The notes under the pieces: model-generated | Database searches by the model: none | What the model was told of the DNA's origin: nothing | What the model saw: only the letters and a program-made list of their open reading frames with translations | Source of the DNA: Candidatus Woesearchaeota archaeon | GTDB taxonomy: Archaea > Nanobdellota > Nanobdellia > Pacearchaeales > GW2011-AR1 | DNA: 64,000 bases | Assembly: GCA_964639615.1 (NCBI GenBank) | Contig: CAZXHH010000001.1 | Location: 207,247 to 271,246 of the forward strand | Direction of reading: 5' to 3' | Part shown: in pieces, positions 16,842-26,558 of the stretch | Layout: the number at the start of each line of letters is the position of its first letter | How positions within the stretch are numbered: position 1 is the first letter of the stretch | Made by a program: the position numbers and the translations under genes

Positions 16842-18272
16842 ATGAATTTTGTTGCTTTCGATATTGCATTATTGATTATATTTGTAATTTTAATTTCAAC
16901 CTTTCTTTATACAAGAAGAAAAAATCTGAAACGAGAAGGGTTGCTTTATTTATATAAAACTACATGGGGAATGAAATTAATTGATAAAGTCGGTAAAAAA
17001 TACAAAAAGACACTTGATGTTTTAAGTTATATTTCAATAACAATCGGATATATTCTTATGGCTACAATGCTATATATGCTTGGAAAGATAATTTACATAT
17101 ATATTGCTTACCCTGCCGTTGTAAGGGCAATTAAAGTCCCCCCAATTACTCCTCTAGTTCCGTATTTGCCTCAGGCATTCAAATTAGATTTTTTACCACC
17201 ATTTTATTTTATTTACTGGATTGTTATTCTTGCAATTATAGCAATAACTCACGAATTTATGCACGGAATTTTTATGAGAAGATATGACATAAAGATAAAA
17301 TCTACTGGTTTTGGATTTTTCCCATTCTTCTTCCCTGTTTTCTTGGCAGCTTTTGTTGAACAAGATGAGAAGAGCATGAATAAAAGCAAAAACTTTAATC
17401 AGATGGCTGTTTTGTCTGCTGGAACATTTGCAAACGTTATTACTGCTATTTTATTTTTTGTAGTAATTTGGTTATTTTTTATATCTTCATTTATGTCTGC
17501 AGGAGTTCAATTTAATACTTATTCTTATTCTGCTGTTGGTTTATCTAGCATAATTTGGATGAATGGTGTAAGTTTAAACAATCCCACTTACGATCAATTA
17601 GTAAACTTATCAAAACCTGAAGGATTGGATGAGCTAAAAACCTCAAATAGAACATTTTTAATTAATACTGCAGGATTAAATGAACAAACAGGTGAAAAAG
17701 AATATTTATTTTTGTATGATAATGCCCCTGCAATAAAACAGGATATTCAAGGAGCAATTGTAAAAATTAATGGAGAGAATATCACAGATTGGGTTTCTTT
17801 TTCAGACGAACTTTCTAAGTATTCTCCTGGACAAAAGATAAATATCACAACAATAGATAATGATGAATTAAAAGAATATTCAATAGTCTTAGCAGAAAAT
17901 CCACAAAATTCCTCAAAAGCATTTATTGGAGTAGGTTATTTGGAACAATCTAGAAGTGGAGTACTTGGGAAAATTATAACCTGGCTATCTTCTTTCAAAG
18001 ACCCTTCTCTTTATTATTCGCCAAAATATGAAGCTGCATTATTTATTTACGATTTATTATGGTGGCTTGTATTAATTAGTATCAGCGTGGCTTTAATGAA
18101 TATGCTTCCAATGGGAATTTTTGATGGTGGAAGATTCTTTTATCTTACAATTCTAAGTTTAACAAAAAGCGAGAAAAAGGCAAAATTGTGGTTTAAAATT
18201 TCAACAAATTTCTTATTGTTCTTGTTCTTTGTATTAATGGTTCTTTGGGGAATTAGTTTCTTTGTAAAATAA
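16842..18272 (+). CDS. Site-2 protease (M50) with PDZ-like insert
   Basis: HEFMH zinc motif, LSAGTFANV, NMLPMGIFDGG. Confidence 0.92.
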   Translation: MNFVAFDIALLIIFVILISTFLYTRRKNLKREGLLYLYKTTWGMKLIDKVGKKYKKTLDVLSYISITIGYILMATMLYMLGKIIYIYIAYPAVVRAIKVPPITPLVPYLPQAFKLDFLPPFYFIYWIVILAIIAITHEFMHGIFMRRYDIKIKSTGFGFFPFFFPVFLAAFVEQDEKSMNKSKNFNQMAVLSAGTFANVITAILFFVVIWLFFISSFMSAGVQFNTYSYSAVGLSSIIWMNGVSLNNPTYDQLVNLSKPEGLDELKTSNRTFLINTAGLNEQTGEKEYLFLYDNAPAIKQDIQGAIVKINGENITDWVSFSDELSKYSPGQKINITTIDNDELKEYSIVLAENPQNSSKAFIGVGYLEQSRSGVLGKIITWLSSFKDPSLYYSPKYEAALFIYDLLWWLVLISISVALMNMLPMGIFDGGRFFYLTILSLTKSEKKAKLWFKISTNFLLFLFFVLMVLWGISFFVK

Positions 18273-18337
18273 AGATAAGATAACCCTTACTAAAATGGAC
18301 TCAACAATCTTTTAAACAGAATATTCTTAAGAAAATT

Positions 18338-19345
18338 ATGCTACCTGAGAACATAAAAAAAATTCTAAAGAATCAACACTACGAAATTGTTGGTAAACAT
18401 GAACATTCAGCAGTTCAAATCTGCAGATGGACAAAAAAATCATTAAGAGATGAGGGAGTTTGCTATAAGGAAAAATTCTATGGGATAAAATCACATTTGT
18501 GTTGCCAGATGACTCCTGCTGTTATGTGGTGCCCGAATAAATGCATTCATTGTTGGAGAGCAATAGAATTAACCTTAGGAGATAAACTTCCTGAAAAAGA
18601 AATTGATTCTCCTACTGAAATCATTGATGGATGCATCAAAGCTCAAAGAAAGCTTCTTCAAGGATTTAAAATTGATAAAAATTCGAAAAAGAAACAGTTA
18701 AGCAAAGCAAATATGAAAAAATATTCTGAATCACAAGAACCAATGCAATTTGCAATTTCTCTTTCTGGAGAGCCTACTACTTACAAATTTCTAGGAGGGA
18801 TTATAGAAGAGTTAAGAAAAAGAGGAAAAACTTCTTTTTTAGTAACAAATGGTTTGTATCCTGAAAAAATTAAAGAACTAATTTCTAAAAATCAGTTGCC
18901 AACTCAATTATATGTTTCAGTAAATTCTCCAAATAGAGAATTATATTCTAGATTTCATAGGAGTTCAATTAAAGATGCTTGGGAAAAATTAGATGAAACA
19001 CTAAAGCTTATGAATAAAATTAATGGGAAGACAAGAACTGTTTTCAGAATGAATTTGGTTAAAGAATTGAATATGTTGCCTGAACATGCAAAAGAATATG
19101 CAGAATTAATAAAAAAAGCAAACCCTCTTTTTGTTGAAATAAAAGGATTTATGAGTGTTGGATTTGCTAGAGAAAGGCTTGGATATGAAAAAATGCCTGC
19201 TTCCAAGGAAATGGAAGATTTTATCAAAATTTTGATTAAAGAATTGGGAAAAGAATGGAGATTACTAGATAAACATGAATTTTCAAGAGCATATGTATTG
19301 GGTAGAGATAAAAGCGAGCTTAAAATAAAAAATAGTGAAATTTAA
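18338..19345 (+). CDS. taw1: 4-demethylwyosine synthase Taw1/TYW1 (radical SAM)
   Basis: HSAVQICRWTK, CYKEKFYGIKSHLCCQMTP, CPNKCIHCWR, AISLSGEPT. Confidence 0.95.
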   Translation: MLPENIKKILKNQHYEIVGKHEHSAVQICRWTKKSLRDEGVCYKEKFYGIKSHLCCQMTPAVMWCPNKCIHCWRAIELTLGDKLPEKEIDSPTEIIDGCIKAQRKLLQGFKIDKNSKKKQLSKANMKKYSESQEPMQFAISLSGEPTTYKFLGGIIEELRKRGKTSFLVTNGLYPEKIKELISKNQLPTQLYVSVNSPNRELYSRFHRSSIKDAWEKLDETLKLMNKINGKTRTVFRMNLVKELNMLPEHAKEYAELIKKANPLFVEIKGFMSVGFARERLGYEKMPASKEMEDFIKILIKELGKEWRLLDKHEFSRAYVLGRDKSELKIKNSEI

Positions 19346-19383
19346 CAATAAAACTTATAATCCATATAAATTAATCTCTAATC

Positions 19384-21315
19384 ATGGCATGGAATTTATA
19401 TGAAAAGGGGAAATTTCTTGAACCCTTAAAGTTCTCTAATAATAAAACCCAAGAAGATGTTGTAAAAGAAGTTGTCGATTCTATTAAACAAGGAGAAAAA
19501 ATTATTTTTATCCATGGAAAATGCGGAACAGGAAAAAGCGCAATTGCATTAAATATTGCTAGAGAACTTGGAAAGTGCTCTATCGTTGTTCCAAGCAAAG
19601 CTCTTCAACAGCAGTATAAAAGAGATTATGAAGAAAATAAATATATTCTTGATAAAAAAAATAAAAAATTAAAAATTTCAGTTATAACTGGAAGAAATAA
19701 TCATAAATGTAAATTCCTAGAGGACCATAAAAATTTAATTCCTCAAGTTAAAGAAACTAATTCAAAACTTTTTGATATATTTGAGGGAAGAAGGGAAAAA
19801 GTAAAAGATTTAGTAGCGAGAGATTTATCTGCAGATAACAAGAACATACCTTGTAAAATTGAAATTAAAGAAAAAAATATGCAGAGGTTAAGGGAATACC
19901 TAAATAATAACAAAAAAATAAATCCTAAAAATTTTGAAAAAATATCTGAGATAAAAAGAATGTCCATTGCACCTGTCTGTCCTTATTGGAGCCCGGTTAT
20001 TCCAGAAGAGTATGATTTAAAGAATATGGATTTCACAGATAAAATAAAATATCGTGGATTAGCAAACAAAAATTTTTATTTTTATAGAAGAAAGGCGGGA
20101 TGCCCATTTTATGAACAATTCAATTCCTATATTGATTCGGATATAATTGTGTTTAATTCTCTGAAGTATAAACTTGAGAGTGCACTTAATAGGAAACCTT
20201 GTACAGAAGTAGAAATTATAGATGAATGCGATGAATTTCTTGATAGTTTTTCAAATCAAAGAACAATAAATATTGATAGACTTCAAAATTCCCTCGGACA
20301 TTCAATTGTTCAAGAAATGGAAAGCATTCAAATAATTCACGAAATAAGTGAAATCTTACAACATCTAAAAAGAAATTCCAAAATAAATGAATGGATAGAT
20401 AGAAAGGAGATTGTTGAATTAAAAAAAACAGGATTATATGATTTATTTAAAATTTTTATAAAAAATCCAGAATTTATGGAGGAGATTGATGAAGAAAGTT
20501 ATGTTCATGATGTAGAAAACACAATAAGAATGTTTGATGAATTTCTTGATGAATCATATGTCTTATTTGATAGGAGAGAAGATAATCTAACTGCAAGCAT
20601 TGTTACTATTAATCTAGCAAAAAGATTCAAAGAAATGATAAACAAAAACAAAATTGTTATTTTAATGTCTGGAACAATTCACACAGAAGAAGTTCTTTCA
20701 ACTATCTTTGGTCTTGATCGATTTAAAATTATTGAAGCTGAAACAAATAATCCTGGAGAAATAAAAATTCTTAAAACAGGAAGCGAATTTGACTGTAAAT
20801 ATTCTAATTTTTCTTCAGGTAAGGCAGAAAGGCAAAAATATCTTGAAACATTAGATAAATGCATTGAAATTGCAAAAAAACCTATTTTAATTCATGTAAA
20901 TAGTTTTGGAGATTTGCCAAATGAATTTGAAAAAGAAAGATATTCTCTAAAAAATCTTATTAACAGAGAAAGTCTAGCAGAACTACAAAAAGAAGATAAA
21001 GAGAATTCGGATGTTAAAAAGTTTAAAGAAGGAAAAACTGAAATTTTATTTTCTACAAAATGTTCAAGAGGCGTAGATTTTCCAGGAGAAGAATGCAGGA
21101 GCATTATCTTTACAAAGTTTCCAAATCCAAATGTTCAGGATGCTTTTTGGAAAATACTTAACAGAACAAATCCTCAAAAATACTGGAGTTTTTATAAAGA
21201 TAAGGCAAGAAGGGAATTATTACAAAAAGCTTATCGTGGGGTAAGGTTCAAAGAAGATTATGTTTATATTTTAAGTCCAGATAAAAGAGTTATAGATTTT
21301 TTTGAGAAGAAATAG
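19384..21315 (+). CDS. DinG/XPD (Rad3)-family SF2 helicase
   Basis: Walker A GKCGTGKS, Walker B IIDECD, MSGT, RGVDFPG; Cys residues compatible with an Fe-S site. Confidence 0.85.
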   Translation: MAWNLYEKGKFLEPLKFSNNKTQEDVVKEVVDSIKQGEKIIFIHGKCGTGKSAIALNIARELGKCSIVVPSKALQQQYKRDYEENKYILDKKNKKLKISVITGRNNHKCKFLEDHKNLIPQVKETNSKLFDIFEGRREKVKDLVARDLSADNKNIPCKIEIKEKNMQRLREYLNNNKKINPKNFEKISEIKRMSIAPVCPYWSPVIPEEYDLKNMDFTDKIKYRGLANKNFYFYRRKAGCPFYEQFNSYIDSDIIVFNSLKYKLESALNRKPCTEVEIIDECDEFLDSFSNQRTINIDRLQNSLGHSIVQEMESIQIIHEISEILQHLKRNSKINEWIDRKEIVELKKTGLYDLFKIFIKNPEFMEEIDEESYVHDVENTIRMFDEFLDESYVLFDRREDNLTASIVTINLAKRFKEMINKNKIVILMSGTIHTEEVLSTIFGLDRFKIIEAETNNPGEIKILKTGSEFDCKYSNFSSGKAERQKYLETLDKCIEIAKKPILIHVNSFGDLPNEFEKERYSLKNLINRESLAELQKEDKENSDVKKFKEGKTEILFSTKCSRGVDFPGEECRSIIFTKFPNPNVQDAFWKILNRTNPQKYWSFYKDKARRELLQKAYRGVRFKEDYVYILSPDKRVIDFFEKK

Positions 21316-22003
21316 ATTCTCTCTTTTTCTTTGCCCTTGTTACAAAAATGTTTATTATAAAATACACTATCAAAACTAAATAAATTATGCTAATTGCAAC
21401 TACAATAGAATATAACACCTTATTCTGCCTTACAAAAGCATCTCCAAGATAAGTTTGGACAAAAATTAATGGAATTAAACCAAAAAGTGTTCCTAATACA
21501 AAATTCCGTCTTTTAATATTAGTTAACCCTGCGATATAACTTATTAAATCTGTTGTAGTAAACGGATTTACTCTCAAAAGAAATATAGAAAACCCTCCAT
21601 ATTTTGATGTGAATTTATCAAATCTAGCTTTCACTTTGGGATTAATTGATTCTTCTGCAAATTTCTTACCATAGTTTCTTGCAATTTCAAAATCAATTAC
21701 TGCTCCAATTATATTGCCAACTAAAGTTAAAATCCCTCCCCAAAATGCCCCAAATAAAATTCCTCCTACAATGTATAATGTTAGTGGGGGTATTGGTGCT
21801 AAAGTTACCTCTAAAATTATTAAAAATACAAAAAATAATTTTGAAAATGACCCCAATGAATCAAAGAATGCTATTGCCTCTCCAACATCTTGATGAACTA
21901 TTGAAAACATAATTCCTTTTGTAAAATAAGAATAAATTGAAAATCCTAAGATTACTATTATAATTATAATCAAAAGAATATTTTTCCAAGATATTTTTTT
22001 CAT
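21290..22003 (-). CDS. VTT-domain (TVP38/TMEM64/DedA) membrane protein
   Basis: GILFGAFWGGILTLVG, LLRVNPF..DLISYIAGLT motifs. Confidence 0.9.
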   Translation of the reverse strand: MKKISWKNILLIIIIIVILGFSIYSYFTKGIMFSIVHQDVGEAIAFFDSLGSFSKLFFVFLIILEVTLAPIPPLTLYIVGGILFGAFWGGILTLVGNIIGAVIDFEIARNYGKKFAEESINPKVKARFDKFTSKYGGFSIFLLRVNPFTTTDLISYIAGLTNIKRRNFVLGTLFGLIPLIFVQTYLGDAFVRQNKVLYSIVVAISIIYLVLIVYFIINIFVTRAKKKRESISSQKNL

Positions 22004-22050
22004 TTAATTATATATTTAGATTATATATAAAGATAATGAATAACTTTTCT

Positions 22051-22611
22051 TTATTTTTTGACATCTTTTTTAGTCAATCTCATTAAAAGCTCTTCTCTAT
22101 CATCTTCATCTTTTATCTCTCCAAAAATCTCAAAACCAAGTTTCTTGTAAAGTCCAACTGCTGGAAGATTATCCTTGTAAACGCTTAGATTAATTTCCTT
22201 TACCTTTAATTCAACAAATGCAAAATTCAAAAGCAAATTAGTTGCCTCAGTTCCAAAACCTTTTCCAGCATGCTTTCCTATCATTATAGATATCTCTGGT
22301 TTACCTTCAAATTCTTCGCTATCAAATAAATTAATATCTCCTATAGGCTCTTTTGTTTCTCTGTTTAAAATACAAAAAGTTATATTTTTGAAATCTTTTC
22401 TCCATTCATCATGCATCTCTTTTATTTCCTCCCAAGTGTATTTTGTATTTTCTTCTCCAAGTTTATACTTTAAATCTTCATTAGAAATCCACTCTAGATA
22501 TAATGCATAAAATTCATTAGAATCTGGTATTGGTGTAAGCATTACTTTTTCTCCTATAATCTCTGGAAGTTCATTATTATGCTTACGATTGTATTTCTCA
22601 ACTGTAGTCAT
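22051..22611 (-). CDS. GNAT (RimJ/RimL-type) N-acetyltransferase
   Basis: GKGFGTEA acetyl-CoA motif; N.PAVGLYKKLGF. Confidence 0.88.
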   Translation of the reverse strand: MTTVEKYNRKHNNELPEIIGEKVMLTPIPDSNEFYALYLEWISNEDLKYKLGEENTKYTWEEIKEMHDEWRKDFKNITFCILNRETKEPIGDINLFDSEEFEGKPEISIMIGKHAGKGFGTEATNLLLNFAFVELKVKEINLSVYKDNLPAVGLYKKLGFEIFGEIKDEDDREELLMRLTKKDVKK

Positions 22612-22648
22612 CTAATTTAGAGCAATTAGAAGATTAAAAAGATTTGGA

Positions 22649-22728
22649 CGCCCCCACCAGGAGTCGAACCTGGGTGCCCAGAGGGCCCTGCTCTCAAGGC
22701 AGGTGCAATACCGTTATGCGATGGAGGC
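22649..22728 (-). tRNA. tRNA-Ser (TGA), long variable arm, no encoded CCA
   Basis: Acceptor GCCTCCA/TGGGGGC with G discriminator; anticodon arm CCTGC-CTTGAGA-GCAGG; variable arm GCCCTCTGGGC; T-loop GGTTCGACTCC. Confidence 0.93.
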
Positions 22729-22796
22729 TTTTTCCAATAGAATTAAAATTAATTATAAGGTTTTAAAGTTTGCTATCAAAAAAGATTGTAATAGAA

Positions 22797-23069
22797 TTAT
22801 AATCCAAAAAGTCGCTTAAACCAAGATTTCTTAACTTCAACAGGTTCATCGTTTTCGTTAAGAACTTCGTAGTTAATTACAGGTCTCTCTTTTAAAATTG
22901 GTGCTTCATCAGCGAGCTCTTTATGAGTTCTTTCCAAAGCGCCATCAATTATTGTTCTTGAATAGCCTTGGTTTACTAAAGCCCATTTAAGAGATTCCTC
23001 AGTATAACCTTTCCTAAGATTCTTTTTGAAATATTCAACTAATCTATTTTTGGTATCCTCAGTTCTCAT
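22797..23069 (-). CDS. Conserved hypothetical protein
   Basis: 90 aa; LVEYFKKNLRKGY..LKWALVNQGY. Confidence 0.7.
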   Translation of the reverse strand: MRTEDTKNRLVEYFKKNLRKGYTEESLKWALVNQGYSRTIIDGALERTHKELADEAPILKERPVINYEVLNENDEPVEVKKSWFKRLFGL

Positions 23070-23103
23070 AGAAATTCAATAAAATTGAAGTTTAAAAGAA
23101 TTG

Positions 23104-24588
23104 TTATTTTGCAAACTTTATTGGCTTTTCTTTAATGTAGTAAGCAATTGCATCATTTAATCTTGGCTTAGATTCAGAGTAGATAGTCATAAGTTTATCT
23201 CCTTTTTTGACTTTATCTCCAAGTTTATAGTAAAGATACAATCCAGAAGATTTATCTGAAGGACATCCTGCGATTCTTGCTAGCAAGTTTATTTTAATAT
23301 TATTCATCTCTGAAATCTTCCCAGATGAATTTGCAAAGATTGTCTTTTTAAATCTTCCAAGTCCAAGATGTTTTATACTTCCTTTTTGTGCTTTTATTAT
23401 TGAAATGAATTTTTCAAATGCCTTTCCTGAGTACAAAATTTCTTTTGCCATCTTAACTCCGTTTCCCCTCTTTGCCTTATGAGTCATCTCGAGAATTTGT
23501 CCTGCTAAAAACAATGATTTCTTTTCTAAATCTTGAGGTCCTTCTTCCAGTGGATTTAATATCTTCATTATATCCCTTAATTCTAATAAAGGGCCAACTC
23601 CATTCCCTATTGGCTGGCTTCCGTCTGTTAAAACTACTTTTAAATTTAATTTAAAATGATTTCCTAATCTTTCAAATTCTTTTTTTAAATCCAATGCTTT
23701 CTTTTTGTTTACTTTGGCATATTTTCCATAAGGAATATCAATAAGAATGTATTTGCTTCCAACAGCAAGTTTTTTTGACATGATAGAAGCTAATAGCTGA
23801 ACTTTCGGGTCTATCTTAAGCATCTTTTCTATTCTAATAATTTTAGAGTCTGCAGGAACTAATTCTATTGACCCTCCCCAAACCATGCACGCTCCTGTTT
23901 CTTTTACAATTCTCTTTAATTCGTTTACTGGAAATTCTATTTTAGCAATTGCTCCAATTACATCTGCTGTTCCAGCTGCACTTGTAATAGCTTTTGAAGA
24001 GGTTTTTGGGAAAGTCAATCCAGCTGCAGCACATATCGCTACTACAATTGGAGTAGTTCTGTTGCCAGGAATTCCACCTATGCAATGTTTGTCTACAACA
24101 TATCTCCCATCAAAAGTTAATCTTTCTCCTGAATCTAAGAACGATTCAATTAAATCTATTGTTTCACTAAATTGCATTTTATTTTCATACATTCCTGAAA
24201 CAAACAATGCAACTTCTGGATCAGATAGTGAATTATTAACTATATCTTTTATGATACATTTTATCTCCTTTTTAGAAAGCTTTTTTTTGTCAATTTTTTT
24301 TCTTATATAATCTAAGCTTATTGGAGATTTTGTTAAAGAAACCTCTACTTCCTGATTGTCGTTTAAATTGAATAAATCTTTTATCTCTGATGAAACTCCT
24401 AATTCTCCTCTTTTTACAAACTTATTTGTAAGATTTACAACTGTAGAAAATTTATCGTCATCGTTAGCTGATTTTTTTATTAGAACTCTATTGCTCTCAT
24501 GCACCCCCATTATCTCTGCAGTTTTAGGATGCATCATAGCTACAGGAACCCCTGCAGACCAATTTAAGAGACGAACATTTAACCTCAT
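23104..24588 (-). CDS. AMP phosphorylase (thymidine phosphorylase family)
   Basis: N-terminal double-psi barrel; DKHCIGGIPGNRTT, KTSSKAITSAAGTAD, QPIGNGVGPLLE. Confidence 0.92.
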   Translation of the reverse strand: MRLNVRLLNWSAGVPVAMMHPKTAEIMGVHESNRVLIKKSANDDDKFSTVVNLTNKFVKRGELGVSSEIKDLFNLNDNQEVEVSLTKSPISLDYIRKKIDKKKLSKKEIKCIIKDIVNNSLSDPEVALFVSGMYENKMQFSETIDLIESFLDSGERLTFDGRYVVDKHCIGGIPGNRTTPIVVAICAAAGLTFPKTSSKAITSAAGTADVIGAIAKIEFPVNELKRIVKETGACMVWGGSIELVPADSKIIRIEKMLKIDPKVQLLASIMSKKLAVGSKYILIDIPYGKYAKVNKKKALDLKKEFERLGNHFKLNLKVVLTDGSQPIGNGVGPLLELRDIMKILNPLEEGPQDLEKKSLFLAGQILEMTHKAKRGNGVKMAKEILYSGKAFEKFISIIKAQKGSIKHLGLGRFKKTIFANSSGKISEMNNIKINLLARIAGCPSDKSSGLYLYYKLGDKVKKGDKLMTIYSESKPRLNDAIAYYIKEKPIKFAK

Positions 24589-24620
24589 TTTATTAAAAAA
24601 ATAAAAAATTATTTTTATAT

Positions 24621-25661
24621 TTATGCTTTTTCAGGAGACTGAATAACTGCACCTGGCAATTTTTTATTTCTATATGCCTCAATAACTATGAATAGGTAAG
24701 CTAAAATTAGGGGTCCGAGAATTATTCCAAGCAAACCAAAGACAAGTAATCCTCCAACCATTCCAAATAGCACAAGAGCTGTGTTCATTTTTGACCTTCT
24801 TGAAATAAATATTGGCTTGAACAATGCTTCAATTACTGAAGAGATTAATCCGAATATAACAACTCCAAATGCACTCACTGTATTCCCTGCTATGAATAAG
24901 TAGATTGCAACAGGTATCCAAATAATAGTTGTTCCGACAATTGGGAACATTCCTGCTAGTGCTGCAAGAATAGTTAATAATAAAGCATTTGGAACCTTGA
25001 ATATAAAGAAGCCAATTCCTGCAGTAATACCTTGAACAATACCTAAAACAACTTGTCCATATAATATTGAAATTGTTAAATCCTTTGAGGATTTGAATAA
25101 TCTTTTTTCAACATCTTTTGAGAAGGGGATTAAACTTCCAATATATTCTGCAAGATCTTCTTTATCTCTTAATACAAAGAAGAATGTGAAAAAAGAAACC
25201 AAAAGAGACAAGAAAAATTTTGGAAAATTAAGTATAAAATTTGCAAGCGAATTCATCAATGAATTTGTAGTGTTAGTTACAAAGGTTCTTAATGTTGAAC
25301 CAATTTCATTTGCAAACTCATCTGATTGAAATATTGAAGGAAAAATTGTTTTAAGGGGAGTTATGAAATCGATGTTTTGCGAATCTGCATAAAATTTAAT
25401 CGACTGTTCAATTGCTATTGGAGCAACGTACCAAATAGGGATAATTATAATTATAAGTAAAATAACGCACATTAAAAATGCTGTCAAATTTTTTCTCTTT
25501 AGGTATTTGAATAAAAAATCATAGACTGGAGTAAATATAAATGCAAGAATAGCTCCAAAAAGAATTGCCATGATTATTGGCTTTAAAATGAAAAACGAAA
25601 GCACAGCAAGAATAGCTAAAATAATTCCTGCCATAATCTTATTAAAATAATTCTGTTCCAC
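24621..25661 (-). CDS. AI-2E family transporter
   Basis: Multi-TM; GQVVLGIVQG, P.VGTTIIWIP, GLLGIILGPLI. Confidence 0.9.
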   Translation of the reverse strand: MEQNYFNKIMAGIILAILAVLSFFILKPIIMAILFGAILAFIFTPVYDFLFKYLKRKNLTAFLMCVILLIIIIIPIWYVAPIAIEQSIKFYADSQNIDFITPLKTIFPSIFQSDEFANEIGSTLRTFVTNTTNSLMNSLANFILNFPKFFLSLLVSFFTFFFVLRDKEDLAEYIGSLIPFSKDVEKRLFKSSKDLTISILYGQVVLGIVQGITAGIGFFIFKVPNALLLTILAALAGMFPIVGTTIIWIPVAIYLFIAGNTVSAFGVVIFGLISSVIEALFKPIFISRRSKMNTALVLFGMVGGLLVFGLLGIILGPLILAYLFIVIEAYRNKKLPGAVIQSPEKA

Positions 25662-25754
25662 GTTTTTAAATAGTATCAGGAATTTATAAAGTTAATGAAG
25701 AGTTCAAAAATTTCTGAAGAAAAATTTATAAAGTAGATTCAAGAAAAAGGTATT

Positions 25755-26462
25755 ATGAATTTTATAAAAAAGGTGCAAGAAAAAAATTTTGATGAAAGTG
25801 TCCATTTACAATTTCAAAAATTTTCAAAAGGAGAGTTTAGAAACAGGGCGCTTATTGAAGCAAAAAATTCTTCTGGAAATTATACTATAAAAACTTCTGC
25901 AGAATTTGCAAACGAATTAGTAAAAACTCTGGCTGAAAAATTAGGAAATGCTAAAACAAAGATTACTGGCTCGATAATCGGGACAAATGACTTGAAGGGG
26001 ATCCTAGAATTCAAAAAAATTTCACAATTCCAGGGTGTTAAAAACTATTCAATAGAACAGGAAATGTCTGGTTCTGAAATAATCAATTTAATAAATAAAT
26101 TCCCAAAGAACTTTTTTGCATTAAGTTTTTCTGTAGGAGAAGACACATTAAAAATAAAACCAAAGGCTCCTAAATCTGGAAAACCTGGCTCAAAAGGGGA
26201 TGAAGCTCCAAAGGTTGATTTCTGTTCTTTGAAAACTAAAGACAAGAAACTTGCAGAAAGCTTTATTTTTGATGCTCCTGAATTTAAGACCGCAACAATT
26301 AACCATACATTCTTAATTAATAGCATAGAAGTTCCAGCTGAACTAAAGACTTCTCAGGATTTTGCTCTTATCAGAGAAAAATCAAAAAGAGTTGGGCAAA
26401 TTGTAAGGATTGCTGAAATTGATGGAAAAAAGATTGAAAGTAAGCTTGAACTTAGAGCTTAA
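25755..26462 (+). CDS. Hypothetical protein upstream of the r-protein superoperon
   Basis: 235-aa soluble Lys-rich ORF with its own TATA box; no family recognised. Confidence 0.8.
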   Translation: MNFIKKVQEKNFDESVHLQFQKFSKGEFRNRALIEAKNSSGNYTIKTSAEFANELVKTLAEKLGNAKTKITGSIIGTNDLKGILEFKKISQFQGVKNYSIEQEMSGSEIINLINKFPKNFFALSFSVGEDTLKIKPKAPKSGKPGSKGDEAPKVDFCSLKTKDKKLAESFIFDAPEFKTATINHTFLINSIEVPAELKTSQDFALIREKSKRVGQIVRIAEIDGKKIESKLELRA

Positions 26463-26480
26463 AGTTTTTCTAACCAAACC

Positions 26481-26558
26481 TTTAAAAAGCATCTTTTTCT
26501 AAATATTTTATTCCAGGGTAGGATAAAATGATATCCGCATTATTAACAAATATAACAC
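26481..26558 (+). promoter_or_regulatory. Superoperon promoter and ~48-nt leader with a hairpin
   Basis: TTTAAAAA at 26481-26488; hairpin GGATA-AAATGA-TATCC at 26521-26536. Confidence 0.5.

Noticed and set aside
22649-22728. tRNA with TGA as a selenocysteine or suppressor tRNA
   Set aside because: TGA is the anticodon, which reads TCA (Ser); tRNA-Sec needs anticodon TCA and extended acceptor and D arms.
21290-22728. Integrated element at the tRNA-Ser 3' end (GNAT + VTT genes)
   Set aside because: No integrase and no duplicated tRNA 3' segment noticed by eye; the same holds for tRNA-Pro.
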